From an uncultured delta proteobacterium (GTDB lineage Bacteria; Desulfobacterota; Binatia; HRBIN30; BPIQ01): a DNA stretch of 64,000 nt. Below, piece by piece: positions 1-9,820 of the stretch. The DNA lies in the NCBI GenBank assembly GCA_963761335.1, contig CAVXGR010000016.1, positions 288,001-352,000 on the forward strand. The letters are read 5' to 3'. The translations under genes were made by a program, and so were the position numbers. The notes under the pieces are model-generated. The model was not told the origin of the DNA. It was given only the letters and a program-made list of their open reading frames with translations, and made no database searches. Position 1 is the stretch's first letter. Every line of letters begins with the position of its first letter.

Positions 1-1153
1 GCCCTCCGAGAACCACCTGGCGGCATGGGCAGTGTCGCATGCAGACGGCAGCGCCGCGGACGGCTCCTTCCTGCAGGCGTTCCCGCGGCGGGTGAACGAT
101 CTCCAGTTTCTCGCCGCGCCGTCGATCGCCGATCTCGACGGCGACGGATTGCCGGAAGCCATCGAGGGCAGTGGCGTCTACGATGTCCACGCCGTGAACG
201 CCGCCGGCGCCGAGGCGCCGGGCTGGCCGAAGTTCACCAACGGGTGGATGGTGGGCGGGCCGACAGTCGGGGACATCGACGGCGACGGTCGCCTCGAGGT
301 GATGGGGACGACGCGCGAGGGACTGCTCTTCGTGTGGCGCACGAACGGGGACGAGTGCGGCTTCATCCCCTGGAGGCGCTGGCACCACGACGAGTGGGGC
401 ACCGGCAACTACGCGACCGATGCGCGCCCGCCGGCCTCTCTGCGCCCCGAGGAGGTCCTCGGAATCGAGGTGCTTTCGGCGACCCAGGTGCGCCTGGATC
501 TGGCGGGCCTGCCGGGAGACGACCTCTTCTGCGGCACGAACGTCAGCTACGACATTCGCTTTGCCGATCAGCCGATCGAGAGCGCCGCGCAGTTCGCCGC
601 CGCCGATCAGGTCGCCGAGGTTCCGCCGGGGAACGGCGTCCGCGGCGGAGGATCGCTGACCATCGGCGATCCACGCCTCGCCGGCCGTCATCTGTACCTG
701 GCCATGACCGCCATCGACGACGCCTCCAATCGCTCGGCGATTCTTCCTCTCGGTCCCGTGGACTTCCCCACCGCCGGTCCCACGGCGACGGTCACCGCCT
801 CGTCGTCGCCGGGCCCGAGTGCCACGCCGACGGCACCGGCGACCGAGACCGAGACGGCGGCGGCGACGCAGACCCCCAGTGCGGCGGCGCCGACCGCTTC
901 ACCAACGGTGACGTCGGCGGCGACTGCCACACAGACGGTAGCAGCGACTGCCACGCAGACAGCAGCTGCGAGCCCGACCCGCCCGTCGCCGACCGCATCG
1001 CCGACGGCGACGGCCTTCGCGGCCGAGGGCTGCAACCTCGGCTCGCCCGGCGGCTCGGGCGAGCCGCTGCTCCTTCTGCCGCCGCTGCTTCTCTGGCTGC
1101 GGCGCCGCTCCGGTGTGCGCCGCTCCGCGCCGCGAAGCGGCGCAGGCATGTAG
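1..1153 (+). CDS. FG-GAP/VCBS repeat surface protein, 5'-partial; Thr/Pro linker and C-terminal Cys + TM + basic sorting tail
   Basis: Frame open from the window edge. DLDGDG/DIDGDG repeats and 'PGWPK'; T/P/A-rich linker; ends 'EGCNLGSPGGSGEPLLLLPPLLLWLRRR'. Confidence 0.8.
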   Translation, partial: PSENHLAAWAVSHADGSAADGSFLQAFPRRVNDLQFLAAPSIADLDGDGLPEAIEGSGVYDVHAVNAAGAEAPGWPKFTNGWMVGGPTVGDIDGDGRLEVMGTTREGLLFVWRTNGDECGFIPWRRWHHDEWGTGNYATDARPPASLRPEEVLGIEVLSATQVRLDLAGLPGDDLFCGTNVSYDIRFADQPIESAAQFAAADQVAEVPPGNGVRGGGSLTIGDPRLAGRHLYLAMTAIDDASNRSAILPLGPVDFPTAGPTATVTASSSPGPSATPTAPATETETAAATQTPSAAAPTASPTVTSAATATQTVAATATQTAAASPTRPSPTASPTATAFAAEGCNLGSPGGSGEPLLLLPPLLLWLRRRSGVRRSAPRSGAGM

Positions 1154-1250
1154 CGTCGGTCAAAGCCGCGAATCTCGCCGCGGAGCGGCGCGGGCATGTA
1201 GCGTCGGTCGAAGCTGCGAATCTCGCCGCGGAGCGGCGCGGGCATGTAGC
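1135..1250. repeat. 48-bp tandem repeat, about 2.4 copies
   Basis: Unit gagcggcgcgggcatgtagcgtcggtcgaagctgcgaatctcgccgcg starts at 1135, 1183 and 1231. Confidence 0.9.
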
Positions 1251-1310
1251 CCCGGGTGCCAACCCGGGGAGAAAGGCGCGGTCCCTCATACGCGCCCCGT
1301 CAGGGGCGCG
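1246..1310. repeat. REP-like palindromes
   Basis: GTAG-CCCCGGGtgccaACCCGGG and perfect hairpin cgcgccccgtcaggggcgcg (1291-1310). Confidence 0.55.
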
Positions 1311-1343
1311 GGCACGATCCCATCGAGCTTGGTAGTCTACCCC

Positions 1344-1468
1344 GGCTTTGCCCAACGGGATGTCCGTTGGCTGCTGCGTTGTTGGTCAGTTCACCCCTTC
1401 TTACCAACAACCAACAACGCAACAACCTTCGGCGGTGCCACCGTCCGTTCGGCTCGTTGGACAAAGCC
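1344..1468. mobile_element. Candidate MITE with GGCTTTG...CAAAGCC terminal inverted repeats
   Basis: 14-bp TIRs with 1 mismatch. Flanking direct repeats agtctacccc (1334-1343) and agtctacccg (1469-1478). Internal 12-bp hairpin. Confidence 0.65.
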
Positions 1469-1576
1469 AGTCTACCCGGCCCCTCCGGGGCCACATGCCC
1501 AGCTCCCGGTGCTGCGTCGCAATCCCCCATGCTGCGGGCCAGTAAGACTAAGGGCGCGGTTCACAGAAATGGAGAA

Positions 1577-1608
1577 TGGAGAACCGGTGACCGGGGATGG
1601 AGAACCGG
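1577..1608. repeat. Dispersed 32-bp repeat, copy 1
   Basis: tggagaaccggtgaccggggatggagaaccgg; 30/32 identical to the reverse complement of 18273-18304. Confidence 0.8.
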
Positions 1609-1649
1609 GTAACCGATGAAGGAGAGAGAGACGCCGATTTGACTCCGTG

Positions 1650-2783
1650 TCACGCGAAGCGTGAGAGCTGGGCGACGCGCTCGCGGTGGTGGGTCGGGTC
1701 GCCGAAGGCGACGCGGTTGGCCGCGGCGCGCTTGAACCAGAAATGCAGGTCGTGCTCCCAGGTGAAGCCGATGCCGCCATGGACCTGGAGGGCGCGGTCG
1801 GCGACGAAGCTGTAGACGTCAGAGAGGCGCGCCTTCGCCATGGCGACAGCCTCCGGCGCCTGGCGCGGAGCGGAATCGAGGCGGTAGCCGGCGTACCACA
1901 CCAGCGACCTCGCCGGCTCGATCGCTGCCGCCATCTCGGCGGCCATGTGCTTGACGGCCTGGAAGGAGCCGATCGGTTTGCCGAACTGCTCGCGGATCTT
2001 CGAGTAGCTGACGCTCATGTCGAGAAGGCGCTGGGCGCCGCCGAGCGAGTCGGCGGCGACGGCGGCGGCGCCGAGGTCCAGAAGGGCCGTCAGCAGCGGC
2101 CAGGCCTTCCCTTCGTCGCCGATTCGCTGCGCCTCGGGCACGGAGACCCCGGCGAGCTCGACCCGATACAGCCGCCGTGTCACGTCGATGCAGTCGAGCG
2201 GACGAATCTGCAGGCCCGGCGTCTCCTTCTCGACGACGAACAGGCTGATGCCGTCTTCGCCCTTTCCGGAGGTGCGGAGGGCGGCGACGATGAAGTCGGC
2301 GGCGGCGGCGTCGCCGACGAACATCTTGACGCCGTTCAGCTGGTAGTGATCGCGGCGGTGGCGGGCGCGCGCCTGGATGCCGGCGGCCCCCGGGCAATCG
2401 CTCTCTTCGAGAAAGGCGATGGTGCCCACCGCTCCGCCGCCGGCGATGGCCGGAAGCCAGCGCTTCTTCACCGCTGCCGGGGCCTTGCGCAAGGCGGTGG
2501 CGGCCAGGACCGAGGACGAGACGAACGGCCCGGGAAGGGCGGCGCGGCCCATCTCTTCGAGGAGGAGCAGCAGGTCGAGCGTTCCCAGACCGAGACCGCC
2601 GAAGGTCTCGGGGATGACCATCCCGGTCCAGCCGAGCTCCGCCATCTTGCCGTGCAGGCGGCGCGAAAAGGCGTCCGCTTCGCCGCTGATCTCGCGCACC
2701 AGGGTCGGCGGGCACTCGTGGTCGAGAAACTCACGCGCCGCCCGCTGCAGGCTCTCCTGCTCTTCGCTCAGCCCGAAATTCAT
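1650..2783 (-). CDS. Acyl-CoA dehydrogenase family protein (second subunit of a tandem pair)
   Basis: MNFGLSEEQ start; 'REQFGKPIGSFQAVKH'; 'LQVHGGIGFTWEHDLH'. Confidence 0.92.
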   Translation of the reverse strand: MNFGLSEEQESLQRAAREFLDHECPPTLVREISGEADAFSRRLHGKMAELGWTGMVIPETFGGLGLGTLDLLLLLEEMGRAALPGPFVSSSVLAATALRKAPAAVKKRWLPAIAGGGAVGTIAFLEESDCPGAAGIQARARHRRDHYQLNGVKMFVGDAAAADFIVAALRTSGKGEDGISLFVVEKETPGLQIRPLDCIDVTRRLYRVELAGVSVPEAQRIGDEGKAWPLLTALLDLGAAAVAADSLGGAQRLLDMSVSYSKIREQFGKPIGSFQAVKHMAAEMAAAIEPARSLVWYAGYRLDSAPRQAPEAVAMAKARLSDVYSFVADRALQVHGGIGFTWEHDLHFWFKRAAANRVAFGDPTHHRERVAQLSRFA

Positions 2784-2803
2784 GCGCCTTCGACCGCTCT
2801 CGC

Positions 2804-3988
2804 TCAGCGGGGCATGCCCATGCCGCGTTCGCTGATGATGTTCTTCTGAATCTGCGAGGTGCCACCGCCGATGATCATGCCGAGGGTGAACATGAACTCC
2901 CACGGCCAGATGCCGCGGTCCACCGCCAGCGTCTCGGAGCGGCCCAGAACCGAGTACGACCCGAGCAGGTCCATCGCCACCGCAGCGATGTCGTGATTGA
3001 GCTCCGTGCTCACCAGCTTGTTGATCGAGGCGCCGATCCCCGGAGGCCGTTTGCGCACGGCGTCGGTGAGCTGCCGGTAGGAGTGCAGTCGCATGGCCTC
3101 GACGCGGATGTGCAGGTCGGCGAGCCGCTGGCGAACCACCGGATCGTCGACGCCGCGGCGGCCACCGCGCGGCGTCTGCGCCAGGCGCAGCGCGCCGTCG
3201 AACATCTGCTGCGTGCGCGTCGTCGAGCCGAGCATGTTGCGCTCGTGCGCCAGCGTCGAGTTGGCCACCAGCCAGCCCTGGTTGAGCTCTCCGACCAAGT
3301 TGCGCCGCGGCACGCGCACGTCCTCGAAGAACACCTCGTTGAAGCCGGCGTCGCCGGTGATCTGCACCAGCGGTCGCACGGTGATGCCCGGGCTCTTCAT
3401 GTCGATGAGGACGTAGGAGATGCCGCGGTGCTTGGGCGCCTCGGTGTCGGTGCGCACCAGGCAGAACATCCAGTCGGCGAACTGCGCGAAGGAGGTCCAT
3501 ACCTTCTGGCCGTTGATGATGAACTCGTCTCCGAGCAGCTCGGCGCGGGTCTTCAGCGACGCGAGATCGGAGCCGGATCCCGGCTCCGAGTAGCCCTGGC
3601 ACCAGATCTCCTCGGCGGTGAGGATGGGCGGGAGGTAGCGCTTCTTCTGTTCCGCCGTGCCCCACTGGATCAGCGTCGGGCCGACCATCTGCACGCCCAG
3701 CATACCGATGAGGCCGGGGGTGCGCGCCCGCACCAGCTCCTCGTTGATGATCGTCTGCTCCATCAGGTCGGCGTCGCGACCGCCGTATTCCCGCGGCCAT
3801 CCCATGGCGACGTAACCGGCTTCGTAGAGCTTGCGCTGCCATGCCTTGGCGGCGCCGATGCGGCTCGGGTCGCCGTACTCGACGGAGCCGGCGCCCTCGT
3901 TGCGCTCGCGGCGCGGATGATTCGCCTTCAGCCACTCGCGCAGCTCGCGGCGCACCAACTCGTGCTCGGCGGTGAACGACAGATCCAT
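2804..3988 (-). CDS. Acyl-CoA dehydrogenase family protein
   Basis: MDLSFTAE start; 'WCQGYSEPGSGSDLASL'; 'INGQKVWTS'; 'FNEVFF'; 'GGTSQIQKNII'. Confidence 0.93.
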   Translation of the reverse strand: MDLSFTAEHELVRRELREWLKANHPRRERNEGAGSVEYGDPSRIGAAKAWQRKLYEAGYVAMGWPREYGGRDADLMEQTIINEELVRARTPGLIGMLGVQMVGPTLIQWGTAEQKKRYLPPILTAEEIWCQGYSEPGSGSDLASLKTRAELLGDEFIINGQKVWTSFAQFADWMFCLVRTDTEAPKHRGISYVLIDMKSPGITVRPLVQITGDAGFNEVFFEDVRVPRRNLVGELNQGWLVANSTLAHERNMLGSTTRTQQMFDGALRLAQTPRGGRRGVDDPVVRQRLADLHIRVEAMRLHSYRQLTDAVRKRPPGIGASINKLVSTELNHDIAAVAMDLLGSYSVLGRSETLAVDRGIWPWEFMFTLGMIIGGGTSQIQKNIISERGMGMPR

Positions 3989-3998
3989 GCGCCTTCTC

Positions 3999-5237
3999 CT
4001 AATTCCCGAACTTCTCCGCCACGGCCGCGAACGCCGCGTCGGTGGCGTCCAGGGTCTGCGAGATGTCGCTCTCCGCGTGCGCTGCGGAGAGGAACCAGTT
4101 GTGGGTCGGATGCAGGTAGATGCCGCCGCGGCAGCACGCGGCGGCGAAGTAGCGACGCCGGTCGAAGCCACCGCCGTCCTGCGGAAAAGTGAGGTAGGGG
4201 ATTGCCGGTGGCCCGGAGGTGCGGATCTCGATGCCGTGCCGCCGCGCCTGCTCCTCCAGGCCGCGGCGCAGAAGGGTGCCCATGCGCTCCATGTGGGGAA
4301 TGGCGCCGCCGTTCTCGATCTCGCGCAGGCAGGCGAGGGCGGCGGCCATGGGCACCGCGGAGGTGAAGTAGGAGCCGGTGAAGAAGACGCGCCGGGCGGC
4401 GTCCATGAGCGCGCGCCGGCCGACGCAGGCGGCGAGCGGATAGCCGTTGGCGATCGCCTTGCAATAGCAGGACAGGTCGGGGCGCACCCCGAAGACCTCG
4501 CCGGAGCCGCCGAGATGGAGCCGAAAGCCGGCGCGCACGTCGTCGAGAATGAAGACGATTCCCTCGGTGTCGCAGCGGCGGCGCACTCCGGGCAGGAAGC
4601 CCTCGGCCGGAAGCTCCAGATCGTAGGGGGCGTCGTGCCGGAACGGGCTGAGGATGACGCCTGCCACGTCGCCACGGTTCTCGTCGAGGGCGCGCTCGAA
4701 GTCGGCGAGATCGTTGTAGCGGAACTGGACGACGTTGGCCGTGTCCTCCGGAGTGACTCCCGCGGGTACCGGCGTGCACCACGCGTGGGTCCCATGATAG
4801 GCGCCCCGCGCCTTGACGATCTTCTTCCTGCCGGTGTGCTGCCGCGCCACCTGCACCGCCCAGGTGCAGACGTCCGAGCCGTTCTTGGCGAACACGGTCC
4901 AGTCGGCGAAGGGCGTGATCTCCACCAGCTTCTCGGCCAGCTCCACCCACAGCTCGCTCGGGCCGTTGAAGCAATTTCCCTTGCGGCGCTGCGCCGCGGC
5001 CGCACCTTCGACGGCCGAATGGTTGTGGCCGAGAACGATGGGCCCGTAGGAGCAGATGTAGTCGATGTACTCGTTGCCGTCGACGTCCCAGATGTGGCAT
5101 CCCTGACCGCGAGCGAAGAAGTACGGATAGGCGTCGCGGACCAGCGTCGTCGGGCTCTGGTGCCCGTATATGCCGCCGGGAACGACGTGCGAGGCGCGCT
5201 CGAGGAGCTCCTGGCTGCGGGCGTAGCGGTTGCTCAT
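3999..5237 (-). CDS. Class III PLP aminotransferase (glutamate-1-semialdehyde aminomutase-like)
   Basis: 'WDVDGNEYIDY', 'DDVRAGFR', PLP Lys in 'KAIANG'; RBS ggaggagg upstream. Confidence 0.9.
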   Translation of the reverse strand: MSNRYARSQELLERASHVVPGGIYGHQSPTTLVRDAYPYFFARGQGCHIWDVDGNEYIDYICSYGPIVLGHNHSAVEGAAAAQRRKGNCFNGPSELWVELAEKLVEITPFADWTVFAKNGSDVCTWAVQVARQHTGRKKIVKARGAYHGTHAWCTPVPAGVTPEDTANVVQFRYNDLADFERALDENRGDVAGVILSPFRHDAPYDLELPAEGFLPGVRRRCDTEGIVFILDDVRAGFRLHLGGSGEVFGVRPDLSCYCKAIANGYPLAACVGRRALMDAARRVFFTGSYFTSAVPMAAALACLREIENGGAIPHMERMGTLLRRGLEEQARRHGIEIRTSGPPAIPYLTFPQDGGGFDRRRYFAAACCRGGIYLHPTHNWFLSAAHAESDISQTLDATDAAFAAVAEKFGN

Positions 5238-5443
5238 CCCATCCTCCTCCGGTGGACGCAAAATAGGGCGGCCGCCCCTCCGAGCGCAAGCGTGCGGCAG
5301 GCGCCGGGGGCGCAGGCACCCTGGTCGCCTCGAAACCGTCAGCAATCGGACGTCCCCGGTCCGCCTATCCTTGCCGGATGGGTGGGCTGGGGCCGGACTG
5401 CTGCCGCGGCGCGACGCTTGCTTCAGAAAGCTGGGATTTCGAG

Positions 5444-8400
5444 ATGACAAGGAGCTGTATTCGGAACCGACGCCCCATTCTCCGGCCGCTGCTACGCCTC
5501 CTGGCTCTGTCGTGGCTGGTCCTGACAGGAGGTGCCCTTGCCCGGGGCGCGGCGCTGCCGCAGCTCCAATCCAAGCTGACGGCCAACGACGCGGTGGCCA
5601 ATGACTACTTCGGCGTCTCCGTATCCCTCAGCGGTGACACCGCGATCATCGGCGCCTCTCAGGATGACGACGGCGCCATCGACGCCGGTTCGGCGTACGT
5701 CTTCGAACGCAGCGGTGCCAATTGGGTACAGCAGACGAAGCTTCACGCGGACGATCCGGTCACATACGACGCCTTCGGTATGACGGTGGCCATCAGCGGC
5801 GATACCGCGGTGGTCGGCGCGACCGGCGTCGACGACGGGGCGTCGAACGCGGGGGCTGCCTACGTCTTCGTGCGCGGCGGCGGCGGCTGGACACAGCAGG
5901 CGAAGCTGCACGCCAGCGACGCTGCCGGGACCGCCCAGCTCGGCTCCTCGGTGGCGATCGACGGCGACACCATTGCCGTCGGCGCCAACTTCGGCAACGG
6001 CTTCAAGGGCGCCGCATACGTGTTCCAACGCAGCGGTACGACCTGGTCGCAGCAGGGCGAGCTCACCGCCGCCGACAGCAGCGTCGGCGACGAGTTCGGT
6101 GCTGCGGTCGCCGTGGACGGGGACACGGTGGTCGTCGGCGCGCCCAGCAACACCGACGACGGCAAGAGCACCTCCGGCTCCGCATATGTATTCGTGCGCA
6201 GCGGTACCACCTGGTCGCTGCAGATGAAGCTGCGTGCCAGCGACGCCGCGGCCCAGGATCTCTTCGGCGGCAGTGTGTCCGTCAGCGGCAACACCGCGGT
6301 GGTCGGCGCCCGCGCCCACGATCTCGGCTTCAGCACCGACGCCGGACAGGCCTACGTCTTCGTGCGCAGCGGCAGCACCTGGTCGGAGCAGGCAAAGCTG
6401 ATGTCGCCCGACTTCTATCCCGGTGACTTCTTCGGCTTCTCTGTGGCCGTCGAGGGGGACGAGGTCGTCGTCGGCGCCCTCGACGACGACGCGCCCAATC
6501 CGGGCGGCGACCCGTTCGCGGATGCGGGCGCTGCATATATCTACCAGCGCAGCGGCTCGAGCTGGACGCATCAAATGAAGCTCTCGGCGGCGTCACCCGT
6601 CGCCGGCGATCAGCTCGGGCGCTCGGTATCGATCAGCAATGGCGCCGTTCTGGCAGGGGCCCGCGACAGCGACGGCGCCGGCTCGAACTCCGGATCGGCG
6701 GACGTCTTCTTCAATGACCTGCCGCCGACACCGACGGTTACCGGCACGCCGCCGACGCATACGCCCACGCGCACGGCTACGGCAACGGTTACCGCGGCGG
6801 TCACCTCGACCTCGACGCCAACCTCGACCCCGACGCGTACACCAACGGCGGTGCCGAGCCTCACGCCGACGGCGACGCCTTCGAGGACGCCGACGGCGAC
6901 GCCCAGCAGGACACCGACAGCGACGCCTTCGAGGACGCCGTCTGCGACACCCAGCAGGACACCGAGCTCCACGTCGACCCCGACCGGTACCCCGACGCAG
7001 ACGCCGAGCTCGACGACTACCCCGAGCCGGACGCCGACGCAGACCCTGACCCCCAGCGCGACCGGAACCGCGACACGAACCCCGAGCCAGACCGCCAGCC
7101 CGACGCGGACGCCCAGTCAGACTGCCAGCCCGACCCAGACCCCGAGCCGGACGCCGACGCAAACGGCGACGAGGACGCCGACGCACACCCCGAGCCGCAC
7201 GCCGACGCACACCCCGAGCCCAACGGCGACGGCGACGCTGACGCCGACGCGAACGGCGACGCCGACAGCAACGCCAACCCTGACGCCGACGAGAACGGCA
7301 ACGCCGACAGCGACACCGAGCGCCACGTCGACAGTCACGCAGACGCCGACCGCCACGGCCAGCCGCACGCCAACGGCGACCGATACGGCCACGGCGACGC
7401 CGACGCGCACGCCCACGGCGACCAGCAGTGCGACGCCGACCGCCAGCCGCACGGCGACCGCGACGGTGACCGGCACGCAATCGCCGGTTCCGACTTCGAT
7501 GCCGACGCACACGCCCTCGGCGACGGCGAGTCCGAGCCACACGCCGGCGCCCACGGCCAGCCCCAGCCGTACGCCGACGCCCACGGCCAGCCCCAGCCGT
7601 ACGCCGACACGCACGCCGACTCTGACCCCGACGCTGAGCTTGACGCCGACGCGAACGGCGACGCCGACAGTGACGCCGACAGTGACGCCGAGCGTTACGC
7701 CGACGGCCACGCGGACGCCGACGGCGACCGATACTGCCACCGCGACGCCGACGCGCACGCCCACGGCAACCAGCAGCGCAACGGCGACCGCCAGCCGCAC
7801 GGCGACCGCGACGGAGGCCGGCACGCAATCGCCGGTTCCGACTTTGACGCCGACGCACACGCCCTCAGCGACGGCGAGTCCGAGCGACACGCTGACGACC
7901 ACGGCGAGCCCGAGCTTGGCGCCGACACACACGCCGACGCCGACGCGGACGCCGACCAGAACGACGACTCCGACAGCGACGGCAAGCGCCACGCCGACGG
8001 TCACACAGACGTCGACGGCGACGATCACCGCCACGCCGACGGCGACCGCTACCGCGACGCCCACACGCACGCCCACGGCGACCAGCAGCGCCACGGGGAC
8101 CAGCAGCCGCACCGCGACCGCTACAGTTACCGGCACGCGGTCGCCGATTCTGACGTCGACGCCGACGCACACGCCAACGCCGAGCCCGAGCCGCACGCTG
8201 ACACACACGCCGCCGCCGACGCCGAGCTCGAGTCCTACGCCGACACCCACGCCGAGCCCGACGACGGCGCCGACGGGAGCCTCAACCCCGATGGCGACTC
8301 CGACTGCCACGGCGGTTGTGACGCCGACGCCGACGGCTACCGCCGGCCGCACGGTGACGCCGACCGAGAGTGCCGCGGCCACGGTCACGCCGACGGCGAC

Positions 8401-8692
8401 TCCGTTCGCGCCGGCCTCACCGACTGCCAGCGCCGCCCCGACCCCGAGTGAGACGCCTTCGCGGATGCCGACGCCGACGCCGACACCGACGGCCACACCG
8501 GCTCAGTATGCGGCCGGCGATGTCAACTGCGACGGAGTCCTATCGGCCGCGGATATGGTCGAGCTGGCGCGCCTGATTCCCTTCGGCGACCCGGGGATGT
8601 GCGGCACCGGCGACGTCAACGGCGACGGCGTCGTCAATGAGGCGGATGCGAGCGCCCTCGAGGAGATAATTTTCAACCCGCCGGACAGGTGA
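5444..8692 (+). CDS. Secreted FG-GAP beta-propeller protein with a ~590-aa Thr/Pro stalk and C-terminal dockerin-like domain
   Basis: Signal peptide; about 7 'FG.SVAISGDT.VVGA...GSAYVF' repeats; TPT-rich ~6721-8500; 'GDVNCDG...[13 protein letters not shown]'. Confidence 0.88.
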   Translation: MTRSCIRNRRPILRPLLRLLALSWLVLTGGALARGAALPQLQSKLTANDAVANDYFGVSVSLSGDTAIIGASQDDDGAIDAGSAYVFERSGANWVQQTKLHADDPVTYDAFGMTVAISGDTAVVGATGVDDGASNAGAAYVFVRGGGGWTQQAKLHASDAAGTAQLGSSVAIDGDTIAVGANFGNGFKGAAYVFQRSGTTWSQQGELTAADSSVGDEFGAAVAVDGDTVVVGAPSNTDDGKSTSGSAYVFVRSGTTWSLQMKLRASDAAAQDLFGGSVSVSGNTAVVGARAHDLGFSTDAGQAYVFVRSGSTWSEQAKLMSPDFYPGDFFGFSVAVEGDEVVVGALDDDAPNPGGDPFADAGAAYIYQRSGSSWTHQMKLSAASPVAGDQLGRSVSISNGAVLAGARDSDGAGSNSGSADVFFNDLPPTPTVTGTPPTHTPTRTATATVTAAVTSTSTPTSTPTRTPTAVPSLTPTATPSRTPTATPSRTPTATPSRTPSATPSRTPSSTSTPTGTPTQTPSSTTTPSRTPTQTLTPSATGTATRTPSQTASPTRTPSQTASPTQTPSRTPTQTATRTPTHTPSRTPTHTPSPTATATLTPTRTATPTATPTLTPTRTATPTATPSATSTVTQTPTATASRTPTATDTATATPTRTPTATSSATPTASRTATATVTGTQSPVPTSMPTHTPSATASPSHTPAPTASPSRTPTPTASPSRTPTRTPTLTPTLSLTPTRTATPTVTPTVTPSVTPTATRTPTATDTATATPTRTPTATSSATATASRTATATEAGTQSPVPTLTPTHTPSATASPSDTLTTTASPSLAPTHTPTPTRTPTRTTTPTATASATPTVTQTSTATITATPTATATATPTRTPTATSSATGTSSRTATATVTGTRSPILTSTPTHTPTPSPSRTLTHTPPPTPSSSPTPTPTPSPTTAPTGASTPMATPTATAVVTPTPTATAGRTVTPTESAAATVTPTATPFAPASPTASAAPTPSETPSRMPTPTPTPTATPAQYAAGDVNCDGVLSAADMVELARLIPFGDPGMCGTGDVNGDGVVNEADASALEEIIFNPPDR

Positions 8693-8725
8693 ACAGCGAA
8701 CGATCGCCGTGCTAGCGTGCAGCGG

Positions 8726-9808
8726 ATGGATCGTTCGACCTCCGAGCCAGTGCGCTACGGGATCATCGGCACCGGAATGATGGGCTGCGAGCACATCCTC
8801 AACCTGTCCCTCATTCCCGAGGCCCGGGTGGTTGCCATCGCTGATCCGCACGAGACCAGCCGCAGCTGGGGGCGCAGCCTCGCCGGCGACGGGGTGGAGG
8901 TCTATGCGGATCACCGCGAGATGCTGCGCCGCGCCCCGATCGATGCGGTGGTGGTGGCCAGCCCGAACCACACGCACTTCGAGGTCCTGGAGGACGTCTT
9001 TCGCACGCGCAAGCACGTTCTCGTCGAGAAGCCGCTGTGCATCGACGTCGAGCACTGCCGCCGCGTCGTCGACGCCGCCGCTCGCCATCCGGGGGTGGTG
9101 TGGGTGGGCATGGAGTACCGCTACATGCAGCCGGTGGCGCGGCTCGTGGAAGAGGTGCGCGGCGGTACCGTCGGGCGCCTGCGCATGGTCGCCATTCGCG
9201 AGCACCGCTATCCGTTCCTACCCAAGGTAGGCGACTGGAACCGCTTCGCCCGCAACACCGGCGGCACGCTGGTGGAGAAGTGCTGTCACTTCTTCGACCT
9301 GATGAACCTGCTCACGGCCAGCCGGCCGCGGCTCGTCTACGGCTCCGGAGGTGTCGACGTCAACCACCTCGACGAGCGTTACGACGGCGAGGTTCCCGAC
9401 ATTCTCGACAACGCTTTCGCGATCGTCGATTTCGACAGCGGGGCGCGCGGCATGCTCGATCTGTGCATGTTCGCGGAGAGCTCGATCCACGAGGTGGAGA
9501 TCGCCGCCACCGGCGATCGCGGCAAGGTCGAGGCATTCGAGCCGGCCCACCGCCTGGTGCTCGGGCTCCGGGGCAGGCCCGATCGGCAGGAAATCGATTT
9601 CGATCTCGACCCGCGCGTGCGTGCCGCCGGCGCGCATCACGGCTCGACGTTTATCGAGCACCTCGACTTTCTCGAGGCGGTTCGCGGCGGCGGCAAGCCG
9701 GCGGTGAGCGCCGAGGACGGCGCTCTGGCGGTCGCCGTCGGCGCGGCGGCAGAGCGCTCGGTGCGCGAGAAGAGGCCGGTGACCCTCGATGAGGTCGGCT
9801 ACCGCTGA
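8726..9808 (+). CDS. Gfo/Idh/MocA family oxidoreductase
   Basis: 'GIIGTGMMG' Rossmann motif; 'HVLVEKP'; 'EKCCHFFDLM'. Confidence 0.92.
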   Translation: MDRSTSEPVRYGIIGTGMMGCEHILNLSLIPEARVVAIADPHETSRSWGRSLAGDGVEVYADHREMLRRAPIDAVVVASPNHTHFEVLEDVFRTRKHVLVEKPLCIDVEHCRRVVDAAARHPGVVWVGMEYRYMQPVARLVEEVRGGTVGRLRMVAIREHRYPFLPKVGDWNRFARNTGGTLVEKCCHFFDLMNLLTASRPRLVYGSGGVDVNHLDERYDGEVPDILDNAFAIVDFDSGARGMLDLCMFAESSIHEVEIAATGDRGKVEAFEPAHRLVLGLRGRPDRQEIDFDLDPRVRAAGAHHGSTFIEHLDFLEAVRGGGKPAVSAEDGALAVAVGAAAERSVREKRPVTLDEVGYR

Positions 9809-9820
9809 GAGGCGGCGCCC

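Noticed and set aside
1135..1250. Possible CRISPR array
   Set aside because: Units are near-identical tandem copies with no unique spacers, and there are no cas genes.
3999..5237. hemL assignment
   Set aside because: Motifs diverge and the context is catabolic; only the family call is supported.
7117..8496. Val/Gly/Ala-rich antisense ORF
   Set aside because: Reverse complement of the Thr/Pro repeat region.
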